DNA of 64,000 nucleotides from Planctomycetota bacterium (GTDB lineage: Bacteria; Planctomycetota; UBA1135; UBA2386), in the NCBI GenBank assembly GCA_965228735.1, contig OZ245838.1:736001-800000 (forward strand), read 5' to 3'. Shown here in pieces: positions 28,317 through 37,665 of this stretch; within the stretch, counting starts at the first letter, position 1, and each line of letters starts with the position of its first letter. The notes under the pieces are model-generated. The model searched no databases, was not told where the DNA came from, and saw only the letters and a list, made by a program, of their open reading frames with translations. The position numbers were made by a program, and so were the translations under genes.

Positions 28317-29423
28317 ATGAGCGAACACGACGACGTCGAAGTCCAGTTCTGTGATCTCTGCGGCACTTCGGTGCCCCTCTCGGATCTCGAGAGCGGGGTG
28401 GCGATCCGGCACCAGGGCAAGACCATCGGAGTCTGTTGCCTCAAGGTGCTCCGGCAGGGCGAGTCGCCGCTCGCCGCGGTCGGAGTCCCGACCGCGACGC
28501 CGACCGCAGGTGCCGGCGCCAGGCGCAACGAGAACGGCCTGCTGCTGCCGGTCGCGATCGCGCTGCTCGCCGGCCTCGCTGGCGTCGCGATCTATCTCGA
28601 CCTCGAGATCCAGAGCGTCGCGGATCGCCAGGTGCGCGATCAGCAGGCCAACTCGGGATGGATGACCGCGAGTTCGGAGCGGCTCGGCGCGATCGACGAA
28701 GCGATGGACGGCGCCGCGCGCAAGACCGACATCGCGGCGCTGCGCGAGCAGGTCGTCAAGCTCGACAACGCGCTCGAGGTGGAACGCGAGCAGAGCCGGC
28801 AGCAGACCGAGACGTTCCGCAAGGCGATCGAGGACATGCGGCGCGGGGTCAAGCGGATCGACGAGGGCCATATCGACTACCGGCCGCTGTTCGACGACCT
28901 CCGGCAGCAGCTGCTGCGGGCCAACCACGCGATCACGGATCTGCGCGACGCCGGGATCGCCGCGCCGGGCATGGCCGAGCCGACCCCGACACCGGCTTCG
29001 GCCGACGTCACGGCCGACCCGGTCGACACCGGGCTGCCGCCGGAGTTGCAGGCCAACGTGCAGAAGCTCGCCGACGTCGACGCCGCGGTGCGCTTCGAGG
29101 CCGTCGATCTGCTGCTGCTGAGCAAGAACATGGACGTGCTGCCGCACCTGTTGCCGGTCGCGCGCGACGCGGACGTGTTCGTGCGGCGTCTCGTCGTCGA
29201 GGGGCTGCGCGACTTCCGTTCGAAGGACGCGGTCGACGTGCTGATCGATGCGCTCGCGGACGAGGACCCCGACGTTGCCGAGACGGCGTGGGGGTCGTTG
29301 AAGCGGCTCACGGGTCAGAAGATCCAGTTCGACGCGCGCGCGCCGAGTCGCGAGGTCCGCGCGCGCGCGCAGGCGCGCTGGCAGGACTGGTGGGCGAAGA
29401 ACAAGGACATGTTCACGCCGTAG
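28317..29423 (+). CDS. Membrane-anchored protein: N-terminal zinc ribbon, TM helix, coiled coil, HEAT repeats
   Basis: CDLC...CC, hydrophobic LLLPVAIALL segment, heptads, DADVFVRR and DEDPDVAE HEAT motifs, WQDWW end. Confidence 0.75.
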   Translation: MSEHDDVEVQFCDLCGTSVPLSDLESGVAIRHQGKTIGVCCLKVLRQGESPLAAVGVPTATPTAGAGARRNENGLLLPVAIALLAGLAGVAIYLDLEIQSVADRQVRDQQANSGWMTASSERLGAIDEAMDGAARKTDIAALREQVVKLDNALEVEREQSRQQTETFRKAIEDMRRGVKRIDEGHIDYRPLFDDLRQQLLRANHAITDLRDAGIAAPGMAEPTPTPASADVTADPVDTGLPPELQANVQKLADVDAAVRFEAVDLLLLSKNMDVLPHLLPVARDADVFVRRLVVEGLRDFRSKDAVDVLIDALADEDPDVAETAWGSLKRLTGQKIQFDARAPSREVRARAQARWQDWWAKNKDMFTP

Positions 29424-29611
29424 ACCGCGGTCGTGGGCCGGTCCCGCCGTAGTTCGGCTCTCGTTCGTGTGCCGGTGCTCCGCGCTGCGACCCCGGTCGG
29501 GGCCCGCCGCGTGCCGGGCATGACAAAAAGGCCCGGGCATCCGTTTGCCCGGGCGTTACAAGGTCTGGTGCGGCCGCCCCTTCGACCCCGGGGATGGCCG
29601 CGACCCTCGGC

Positions 29612-31054
29612 ATGACCTGGAACAATCGGACCAAAATCGTCGCCACGCTCGGTCCGGCCTCGAACTCGGAAGCGAAAGTGACCGATCTCGTGAAGGCCGG
29701 CGTCGACGTCTTCCGCATCAACTGTGCGCACGCCGACCACGCGACGATCGCCGCCACCGTGCGGCGCGTGCGCAAGATCAGCCGCAAGCTCAACGTCGGT
29801 GTCGGCATCCTCGCGGACCTGCAGGGTCCCAAGATCCGCGTCGGCAAACTGAAGAACGCCGAGCCGGTCTATCTGCGGCGCGGCGCGACGATCACGATCG
29901 ACACGACGCCGGGCATCGTCGGTGAGGCGCGCGACGACGGCTCGGTCGTCATCGGCACGGGCTATGCCAAGCTCGCGCGCGACGTCAAGGTCGGGGAGCG
30001 CATCCTGCTCGACGACGGCAACCTCGAGGTCAAGGTCACCGAGGTCAGTCCGCCGCTCGTGCGGGCGCGGGTCGTCTACGGCGGCACGCTGCTGCAGTTC
30101 AAGGGCATCAACCTGCCGGGCAGCAACGTGTCGGCGGACCCGCTGTCGAGCAAGGACCTCGACGACCTGAAGTGCGTGCTCGGCAACGAGGTGGACTTCG
30201 TCGCGCTGTCGTTCGTGCGCACCGCGGCCGACGTCGAGATGCTGCGCAAGCGGATCGACAAGACCGGCGCGGACGTGCAGATCATCGCCAAGATCGAACG
30301 GCCCGAGGCGGTGAAGAACATCCAGTCCATCCTCGACGCCGCGGACGGGATCATGGTCGCGCGCGGCGACATGGGCGTCGAGATCGGCGCCGAGGCCGTG
30401 CCGCAGGTGCAGAAGAAGATCATCGAGCTGGCCGGCGAAGCGCGGAAGCCGGTGATCACCGCGACGCAGATGCTCGAGTCGATGGTCGTCAATCCGCGCC
30501 CGACCCGCGCGGAGGCCTCGGACGTCGCGAACGCCATCTACGACGGCACGACGGCGGTGATGCTCTCGGCCGAGACCGCGTCCGGGAAGCACCCGGTGCG
30601 GAGCGTCAAGGTGATGGAGAAGATCATCCGGCAGGCCGAGATCCACGCCTACGCCGACCTCGCGGAGCGCCGGCGGCGGACCAGCGGCCCGGCGCTGTCC
30701 GTCGCGCACGCGACCGTGCGGGCGGCGGCCTACGCGGCCTACCATGCCAAGGCGCAGGCGATCGTCGTCTACACCGAGACCGGCACGACGGCGCGGCTGC
30801 TCGCCGGCGAACGGCCGCCGACGCACATGCTCGCGTTCACCCCGTCCCTCAAGACGATGCAGCGGCTCGCGCTGATCTGGGGCATCGAGCCGCGCAAGGT
30901 GCCGCCCGGCCGGACGTCGAACGAGCTGACGCTCAACGGCGATCGCATCCTGCGCAAGGAGGAGTGGGTGAAGGACGGCGATCGGGTGGTCCAGATCGCC
31001 GGCACCGTGCGGCAGGCCGGTCTGACCAACACGATGAGCATCCGGGAGATGTAG
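29612..31054 (+). CDS. pyk: Pyruvate kinase
   Basis: TKIVATLGPAS, DLQGPKIR, IIAKIE, MVARGD, ATQMLESM, MLSAETA. Confidence 0.97.
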   Translation: MTWNNRTKIVATLGPASNSEAKVTDLVKAGVDVFRINCAHADHATIAATVRRVRKISRKLNVGVGILADLQGPKIRVGKLKNAEPVYLRRGATITIDTTPGIVGEARDDGSVVIGTGYAKLARDVKVGERILLDDGNLEVKVTEVSPPLVRARVVYGGTLLQFKGINLPGSNVSADPLSSKDLDDLKCVLGNEVDFVALSFVRTAADVEMLRKRIDKTGADVQIIAKIERPEAVKNIQSILDAADGIMVARGDMGVEIGAEAVPQVQKKIIELAGEARKPVITATQMLESMVVNPRPTRAEASDVANAIYDGTTAVMLSAETASGKHPVRSVKVMEKIIRQAEIHAYADLAERRRRTSGPALSVAHATVRAAAYAAYHAKAQAIVVYTETGTTARLLAGERPPTHMLAFTPSLKTMQRLALIWGIEPRKVPPGRTSNELTLNGDRILRKEEWVKDGDRVVQIAGTVRQAGLTNTMSIREM

Positions 31055-31173
31055 CGCGATCGGCGCCGGCCGGCCAATCGCCGCTCGTCGGGCTGTGGCG
31101 AGCGGTTGGGGGGTCGGCGGTCGGGGTCGCCGTCGGGGCCGCCGTTGGGGTCGCAGTAGCCGGAAATCCTGGA

Positions 31174-31201
31174 TTGACAACCCTGGAGCGCCCGCTAGCA
31201 T
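31174..31201 (+). promoter_or_regulatory. Sigma-70-type promoter for rplM-rpsI
   Basis: TTGACA (31174-31179), 16-bp spacer, TAGCAT (31196-31201), about 100 nt upstream of rplM. Confidence 0.7.
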
Positions 31202-31297
31202 CTTCGCCCCGTTCCGCGGCACCGCACCGTGGCTACGGCTCTCGGCCCCCGGCGTTCGGCGGCGGTTCGGGGGCCCCGAACCGGACTTCAGACAGGC

Positions 31298-31804
31298 ATG
31301 ACCAAGACCACTATCGCCAGCGTCGACGTGCACAACGCCGCCATGAACTCATGGCGCGTGGTGGACGCGACGGGTCAGACCCTCGGCCGCATGGCCACCG
31401 AGGTCGCGACGATCCTCATGGGCAAGCATCGCCCCGACTACACGCCGAACATCCTGGTCGGTGAGGGCGTCGTCCTGATCAACGTGAGCAAGATCCGGAT
31501 GAGCGGCAACAAGGCCGAGACCCGGATCTACACCAAGTACACGCATTACACGAACGGCCTGCGCAGCCGCACAATGGGCCACTACCTCGAGCACAACCCC
31601 GAGGAGCTCGTGAAGAACGCCGTGCGCCGCATGCTGCCGAAGAACAAGCTGGCCAAGCGCATGATCAGCCGCCTCAAGGTCTACGCCGGCGATCAGCACC
31701 AGCAGCAGGGTCAGCAGCCGCACGTGACGGACACGACCCAGAGCATCCACCCGGCGATCACGCCGGCCAGTCAGCCCAAGGCTCAGGCCAAGGCCGACGC
31801 GTAA
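31298..31804 (+). CDS. rplM: 50S ribosomal protein L13
   Basis: WRVVDA, LGRMA, GKHRPDYTP, AVRRMLPKN. Confidence 0.96.
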   Translation: MTKTTIASVDVHNAAMNSWRVVDATGQTLGRMATEVATILMGKHRPDYTPNILVGEGVVLINVSKIRMSGNKAETRIYTKYTHYTNGLRSRTMGHYLEHNPEELVKNAVRRMLPKNKLAKRMISRLKVYAGDQHQQQGQQPHVTDTTQSIHPAITPASQPKAQAKADA

Positions 31805-31834
31805 CCGCATCCGAGCCAGCAACTCCAAGCACCA

Positions 31835-32233
31835 ATGGCAGTCACCAACCCGTACATCTGGGGCACCGGTCGCCGCAAGACGTCGACCGCCCGGGTCCGC
31901 ATCAAGGCCGGCACCGGCAAGTTCCTGGTCAACGGCAAGGAGCTCGACGAGTTCTTCTGCACGGCCGACACGCGGTCGCGCGCGCAGCAGCCGCTCGTCG
32001 TGACCGAGACCCGCAACACCTACGACGTCTGGGTGCGCGTGGCCGGCGGCGGCATCACGGGCCAGTCCGGCGCCGTGAGCCTCGGCGTCGCGCGCGCGCT
32101 GCGCAGCGAGAACGAGAACTTCGAGCGCCTGCTCCGCGAGCACGGCCTGCTCACGCGCGACTCGCGCGAGGTCGAACGCAAGAAGTACGGTCGTCACGGC
32201 GCCCGCCGTTCGACGCAGTTCAGCAAGCGCTGA
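31835..32233 (+). CDS. rpsI: 30S ribosomal protein S9
   Basis: GTGRRKTSTARV, GGGITGQ, ERKKYG...QFSKR. Confidence 0.98.
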   Translation: MAVTNPYIWGTGRRKTSTARVRIKAGTGKFLVNGKELDEFFCTADTRSRAQQPLVVTETRNTYDVWVRVAGGGITGQSGAVSLGVARALRSENENFERLLREHGLLTRDSREVERKKYGRHGARRSTQFSKR

Positions 32234-32301
32234 TCGGGCTGCTCGATCGCTCGGGCCGGCCGCGGATTCGCGGCGGCCCGCCGGTCGCGCCCGGAGCCAC
32301 G

Positions 32302-33087
32302 ATGGCTGGCCACTCCCATTCGTCGAACATCCGGTTCCGCAAGGATCGGGTCGACGCCAAGCGGGCCAAGAACTTCGCCAAGCTGTCCCGCATGATCACC
32401 GTGGCCGCGAAGCTCGGCGGCGGCGACCCCGAGGCCAACCCGCGGCTGCGCCTCGCGATGGACAAGGCGCGCGTCCTGTCGATGCCCAAGGACGTGATCG
32501 AGCGGGCGATCAAGAAGGGCACGGGCGAGGGCGATCTCGGCAACTTCGAGGAGGTCGTCTACGAGGGCTACGGCCCCGGCGGCGTCGCGTTGATGCTCGA
32601 GATCCTGACCGACAATCGCAATCGGTCGGCGGCCGACGTGCGCATGGTGTTCGACAAGTACGGCGGCAACCTCGGCACCTCGGGTGCGGTCGCGTGGATG
32701 TTCGACCGGCGCGGGCGCTTCGTGATCGATCCGGGCAAGGACCGCGCGGAACCGCTGACCGAGGACGCGTTGACCGAGCTGTTGCTCGAGGCCGGCGGTG
32801 AGCACCTCGAGCCGCTCGGCGACGGTGGTGGGGACGACCTGCGGTATCTGGCGCTGTGCGGCGCGACCGACTTCATGGCGGTCAAGGCGGAGCTCGATCG
32901 GCTCGAAGTGCCGCTCGTCGAGGCCGAGCTCGCCTACGTGCCCAACCAGCTCGCGAAGGTCGATGATCGCAAGATCGCCGAACGGGTGCTGAAACTGATC
33001 GACGGTCTGGAAGACAATGACGACGTGCAGAGCGTCTTCAGCAACGAGGACTTCACGGCCGAGGTCGTGGCGCAACTCGACTCGTAG
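32302..33087 (+). CDS. yebC: YebC/PmpR family protein
   Basis: MAGHS, DPEANPRLR, YEGYGPGGVA, TDNRNR, DDVQSV. Confidence 0.96.
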   Translation: MAGHSHSSNIRFRKDRVDAKRAKNFAKLSRMITVAAKLGGGDPEANPRLRLAMDKARVLSMPKDVIERAIKKGTGEGDLGNFEEVVYEGYGPGGVALMLEILTDNRNRSAADVRMVFDKYGGNLGTSGAVAWMFDRRGRFVIDPGKDRAEPLTEDALTELLLEAGGEHLEPLGDGGGDDLRYLALCGATDFMAVKAELDRLEVPLVEAELAYVPNQLAKVDDRKIAERVLKLIDGLEDNDDVQSVFSNEDFTAEVVAQLDS

Positions 33088-33129
33088 CATTTCCGTTCTC
33101 GGGCCCTTCCGTGTCCTTTGGGGGGAAGC

Positions 33130-34095
33130 ATGACAGACAAGCAGTGGTTCTTCATCGGGACGCGTGACGGCGTGCGCGCGGCGCTCGAACGCGAGTTCGG
33201 CTCGGCACCGGGTCCGGCCGAGCAGGCGACCGAGGTGGACGGCACCGTCGTCATCGACGCGGTCGCCGGGTTGCCCGCGACCGCGGATCTGTTCGGTGGG
33301 CACGCGTTCGGCGGCGTGCTCGACCTGAAGCGCAGCCGCGAACGCCGGTCGCGCGTCGCCGTCGTCGTCGATCAAGGCGACGACATCGGTCCCCAGCTCG
33401 CGCGCTTCTGCCTGGCCGACGCCGTGCTCGTCTGGGATCCGTTGAACGCCGCGCTCGATTGCAGCGAGCTCGAGGCCGGGCGGGCGCGGGCGGGCGGCCG
33501 GCCGTCGGTCGACGAACTGCTCGCGCGGCTCGAACAGAAGGTGACGACCGAGGGCGGCCGCGAGAGCACCGTGCAGCGGCTGCTGCGGTTCGAGAGTCAG
33601 AACCCGGCGCTGCAGACGCTGCAGGACCCGGACACGGGCCTGTTCGACGGGCCCTACGCGACGTGGAAGCTCGACGAGGAATGGAAACGCAGCCAGCGGT
33701 TCCATCAGCCGCTGTCGCTCGTCCTGCTCGACATCGGCGACACGGTGAGCGAGCTGGCGGAGCCCGACCGCCGCGTCGTGCTCGCGGACGCCGCGAGCGT
33801 GTTCCTCAACGAGTGCCGCGACATCGACGTGCTGTCGCGCTTCACGCCGTCGACGTTCCTGTTCCTGCTGCCGGGCACGGGCGCGGATGGCGCGACGATC
33901 CTGGCGCAGCGGATGATCGCGCAGCTCCAGGAACGGCTGCCGCCGGCCGTGAAGCCGCAGCTCGCGGCCGGGGTCGCGACGGCGCCGCACGCCCAGATTC
34001 CCCATCGGAAGGCGTTTCTGGCCGTCGCGGAGGCCTGTCTCGAGCGCGCCCGGGAGGCGCCCGGGGGTGGTCAAGTCGAGACGACTTGGCAATAG
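33130..34095 (+). CDS. GGDEF-domain protein with degenerate active site
   Basis: DPDTGLF, PLSLVLLDI, RDIDVLSRF-TPSTF-LFLLP, AGVA. Confidence 0.75.
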   Translation: MTDKQWFFIGTRDGVRAALEREFGSAPGPAEQATEVDGTVVIDAVAGLPATADLFGGHAFGGVLDLKRSRERRSRVAVVVDQGDDIGPQLARFCLADAVLVWDPLNAALDCSELEAGRARAGGRPSVDELLARLEQKVTTEGGRESTVQRLLRFESQNPALQTLQDPDTGLFDGPYATWKLDEEWKRSQRFHQPLSLVLLDIGDTVSELAEPDRRVVLADAASVFLNECRDIDVLSRFTPSTFLFLLPGTGADGATILAQRMIAQLQERLPPAVKPQLAAGVATAPHAQIPHRKAFLAVAEACLERAREAPGGGQVETTWQ

Positions 34096-34155
34096 TCGCG
34101 CGGGCCCTTCGCATGGGCGGCAGATCAGGCGGCGTGATCGCGCCGTCACTGCGCT

Positions 34156-36849
34156 ATGTTCGATCGCTTCATCAGGCTGGCACGGGCTCGCAAGGCCCTG
34201 CAAGAAAAACGCTTCGAGGATGCTCTGCAGCTCGCGGACGATCCGCTGATCGCAGGCACCCGGCGCGCCGAGACGATTCGCGACAAGGCTCGGGCCGCGC
34301 TGCTCACCCGCGCGCGCGAGCGGCTGGCTCAGGGTGAGATTCCGGCGGCGCGGAAGCTCGCCGAACGGCTGCGGCAGGCCGGCGCGGATGCCGGCGTGCA
34401 GACGCTGATCGGCGATCTCGACGCGGCCGAGTCGCGCGACCAGGAGGTCTCGACCGAGGCCCGGAAGGTCGCGGAAGAGGCCCGCAAGCTGCTGCAGCGC
34501 GGCGAGCTCGCGGCGGCGGCGGCGGCCGTGGCGGGGATGCCCGAGGGTGGTCCGGCCGGATTGCAGAGGCAGCTCGAGGCGCAGGTCCAGGAGAGCAAGC
34601 TTCAAGCCAAGGAGCAGCTCGATCACGTCGCGCGCCATCTCGCGCAGACGCGGGTCGACGAGGCGCAGAAGGCGTTCGCCAAGGCGGCGGCGCTCGATCG
34701 CGATGCAGCTGCGAACGCGACCGTGCGCGGCCGGTTGTTCGACGCGCTCGCCGACGGTGCGGGCGGCCGGATCCGCGAGCAGATCGAGCGCGGTGACCTG
34801 CTCGCGGCGTGCGCTGCGGTGCGGGCCGTTCGTGGGCAGGCGGCGACGTTCGAGATCGGGCAGGCGGTGGGCGACGTGCGCGCGCTGAAGAAGCCGCTCA
34901 GCGGTCTCGAGTCCGCGTTGGTCGCCGAGTGGCGGCGCGCGACGGACATCACGGCCGCCGCGGAGCTTGCCGAGGCGGCGCACGAGGCCGGGCTCGAACT
35001 GCCCGCGGCGACGGCGGAGCTGGTGGCCGCGCTGCGCACGGTCCACGCGGCCGGCGCGGGCGATCCGGAACTGCTGCAGAAGCTGCGCGACGTCGCGCGG
35101 ACTGCTGGGTGCAAGTCGCTCGGCAAGGCCGTCGACGGCAAGCTGCTGCGCCTCGACGATCAGGATCAGCGCGTCACGGCAGCCCGTGAGCTCATGGCGC
35201 AGGGCGATCTCGACGCTGCGCGCGAACGGCTGACCGCGGTCCTCGCGGACGACCCGCTGCACGAAGCGGCCCGGCGCGAGCTCGACCTCGTCGAGCAGGG
35301 CATCGGTTCTCTGAGCGAGCAGCTCACGGCGGCCCGCACGGCGGCCCGTGAGGGCCGGCTGCGCGCGGCGTGCAGCCAGGCGCTCGCGCTCGGCACGGCG
35401 GGGCGACTCGGCAACGAGGCGCAGCTGCTGCTGACCGACGTGCGCGCGCGCATGGCGCTGGTCGATCGCGGCCTCGACGAGGTGCGGACGACGCTGCACG
35501 GCAAGGCGGCCGGCAGTCTGCAGGGCGTGCGTCACTGTCTCGCGCGGCTCGAGGAGCTGCGCAAGGTGCAGTGCGATCACGACGAGCTCGATCGCGTCGT
35601 GCTGGCCATCGAGACCGAGATCCAGGGCCTCGAGGCCTGCGATCGCGCGGCCGCCGCGCTGGCCGATGACGATCTCGTGACCGCGGCAGCGAGCCTGTCC
35701 GAGGTGCTCGGTTCGCGCCGCGATCTGCTCGTTCCCGAGCGGCTCGACGCGCGCGTGCTCACGCTCGCCGATCGCTTCCACGCGCACGGCGAACGCGCGC
35801 TCGCGGCCGGCCGCGGCGGCGATCTCGAACGGTGCGCGGCCGTGCTCGACGGCCTCGCCGCCGTGAAGTCCGACTTCGGCGAGACCGCCGCGCACTGGCG
35901 TCGCGACGCCGAACGGCGCAAGCAGGCGGCGGACGACAAGGCCGCGGCGGCGCGCGCCGCGATCGCGGAGCGCGACCTCGCGACGGCCGAGCAGTGCCTC
36001 GAGGAGGCAACTGAACTGTGGGCCGACTGCGCCGCCGTGCGCACGCTGCGGGGCGAGCTCGCGGGGCACCAGCGGCGCCACGACGAGCTCGAACAGGTCG
36101 AGGCGCTGGCCGCCGAGGCGGACTACCAGGGCGCGGCCGAGAAGCTCGCGGCCATGCCGCCGACGCCGGCGCTGCTGCGGACGAGGATCTTCGACATGAA
36201 GCAGCAGCTCGCGCGGGCGCAGGGCCTCGAGGGCGCGTTCCTCATGCGCGTCGACGAAGGCGGTGAACATCTCGTCGTGCGCGGCGAGAGCATCTCGATC
36301 GGCAACGTGCGCCAGAACCGCGCGGACCTGCCCGTGCTCGCGAACGTCGCGGGGCGGCATGCGACGATTCGTCGCAGCATGTCGTTCCACGGCGGCATGG
36401 AGGACACCGTCGTCGCCGAGGATGGCGAGGTGCGCGTGCGCGGCCGCCGCGTGCAAAAGCACAAGCTGCAGGACGGCGACACGATCCAGTTCGGTCCGTC
36501 GCTCGCCGCGAGCTACCGGCAGCCGACCGAGCGGTCGCTGACCGCCGGCCTCGTGCTCCAGGGCGGGTTCCAGATCGCCGGCACCGAGCGCGTGCTGCTG
36601 ATGAAGGACCGCGGCAAGGACGGCCGCATCCTGGTGGGCCCCGGCCGCGACGTGCACGTGCGCGTCACCGGCGCCTCGCACGAGGTCGAGCTGTTCGCCG
36701 CGAGCACGGGCCAGATCCGCGTGCACTGTCCGGCCGGCGGCACGATCGACGGCTCGCCGTTCAAGGGCGAGCACCCGGTCGACGCCGGCCAGGTCGTGAC
36801 CGCGGGTGGCGTAACGTTCGTGCTCCTGCCCTGGCGCCCGTCGCCGTAG
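34156..36849 (+). CDS. Large alpha-helical (TPR-like) protein with C-terminal FHA-like domain(s)
   Basis: About 690 aa of Ala/Leu/Arg/Glu helical repeats, then ISIG...RHATIRR...LQDGDTIQFG and a second beta-rich repeat. Confidence 0.75.
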   Translation: MFDRFIRLARARKALQEKRFEDALQLADDPLIAGTRRAETIRDKARAALLTRARERLAQGEIPAARKLAERLRQAGADAGVQTLIGDLDAAESRDQEVSTEARKVAEEARKLLQRGELAAAAAAVAGMPEGGPAGLQRQLEAQVQESKLQAKEQLDHVARHLAQTRVDEAQKAFAKAAALDRDAAANATVRGRLFDALADGAGGRIREQIERGDLLAACAAVRAVRGQAATFEIGQAVGDVRALKKPLSGLESALVAEWRRATDITAAAELAEAAHEAGLELPAATAELVAALRTVHAAGAGDPELLQKLRDVARTAGCKSLGKAVDGKLLRLDDQDQRVTAARELMAQGDLDAARERLTAVLADDPLHEAARRELDLVEQGIGSLSEQLTAARTAAREGRLRAACSQALALGTAGRLGNEAQLLLTDVRARMALVDRGLDEVRTTLHGKAAGSLQGVRHCLARLEELRKVQCDHDELDRVVLAIETEIQGLEACDRAAAALADDDLVTAAASLSEVLGSRRDLLVPERLDARVLTLADRFHAHGERALAAGRGGDLERCAAVLDGLAAVKSDFGETAAHWRRDAERRKQAADDKAAAARAAIAERDLATAEQCLEEATELWADCAAVRTLRGELAGHQRRHDELEQVEALAAEADYQGAAEKLAAMPPTPALLRTRIFDMKQQLARAQGLEGAFLMRVDEGGEHLVVRGESISIGNVRQNRADLPVLANVAGRHATIRRSMSFHGGMEDTVVAEDGEVRVRGRRVQKHKLQDGDTIQFGPSLAASYRQPTERSLTAGLVLQGGFQIAGTERVLLMKDRGKDGRILVGPGRDVHVRVTGASHEVELFAASTGQIRVHCPAGGTIDGSPFKGEHPVDAGQVVTAGGVTFVLLPWRPSP

Positions 36850-37020
36850 CCGGGCTCTGGCACGCGAACGCGGGATCCACACCCAACCCAGCACCCGGTC
36901 CTGGCGGGCAGATTACGGTATAGCGGAAAATAGAATGCGGGGAGAGGGAACAAGGGTTGGCCCCGACTTTCCTTCGAATAGTCGCCCGTCGAGCCCGTAT
37001 GCGGCGACAGGAGGTCCCCG

Positions 37021-37641
37021 ATGTTCGCAGTCCTCACAGCCGCCACACTCTGCTTCGCCCCGCAAGGCCCCGCCGACGACTTCGGCGCGTCCGATTCCGC
37101 CCGTTCGGAATCCGTTGCGGTCGCCGCCACCGCCGTCGCGGTGCAGGGCGAGACCGAGCTCACGCCGGCCGAGGCCTACGCGTCGGCGTCCCGCGCGGCG
37201 TCCGCGCACGTCCGCGAACGCTGGAACGAGCGGGCCAATCGGGCGGCCGAACTGCGCCGGCCGTTCTGGCTGCCGCAGATCCTGGTCGACGAGCACGTGC
37301 GGCGCTGGCTCGCGGATCTGCCGATCGAGCGCCTCGCGCAGGTCGTCGATCGCGACGACAAGAAGCGCATCCACGAGTTCGGCAACAGCTACCAGACGAC
37401 CTTGTGGGTGGCCGAAGAGCCGCGTCGGGTCGCGCAGGGCGAAGAACGGCTGCAGCGCACGCTGCGCCGGCTCGAGCGGACCACGGCCTACAAGTACGGC
37501 GGCATCGTCGCGGGTTGGGCCCTGCTCGCGTTCGTCGTGAACTGGCTGGATCGGCTCTCGCGCGGCTACATGACCGGGCGGTTGCGGTGCATCGGTCTGC
37601 TCTGTGGCGCCGCGTTCCCGGCCGCGCTGTTTCTCGTGTAA
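37021..37641 (+). CDS. Exported/membrane protein of the kinase-ECF cluster
   Basis: AGGAGG SD; signal peptide; C-terminal TM-LDRLSRGYMTGRLR-TM. Confidence 0.7.
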   Translation: MFAVLTAATLCFAPQGPADDFGASDSARSESVAVAATAVAVQGETELTPAEAYASASRAASAHVRERWNERANRAAELRRPFWLPQILVDEHVRRWLADLPIERLAQVVDRDDKKRIHEFGNSYQTTLWVAEEPRRVAQGEERLQRTLRRLERTTAYKYGGIVAGWALLAFVVNWLDRLSRGYMTGRLRCIGLLCGAAFPAALFLV

Positions 37642-37665
37642 CCTACTGCAACCCCGAAGGACCCC

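Noticed and set aside
31106..31158. Degenerate 12-bp repeats between pyk and the rplM promoter, and about 13-bp repeats at 3781-3821
   Set aside because: Short, imperfect and GC-rich; likely slippage with no evidence of function
36858..36872. Sigma-54 promoter (TGGCACG) upstream of the kinase cluster
   Set aside because: No TTGC/-12 GC at the required spacing
32194..36894. 1566-aa minus-strand ORF
   Set aside because: Antisense shadow of yebC, the GGDEF gene and the FHA gene
36953..36968. AGGGTTGGCCCCGACT resembling a 16-mer near 26696-26711 (minus strand)
   Set aside because: A 14/16 match in GC-rich DNA could be chance; no consistent promoter geometry
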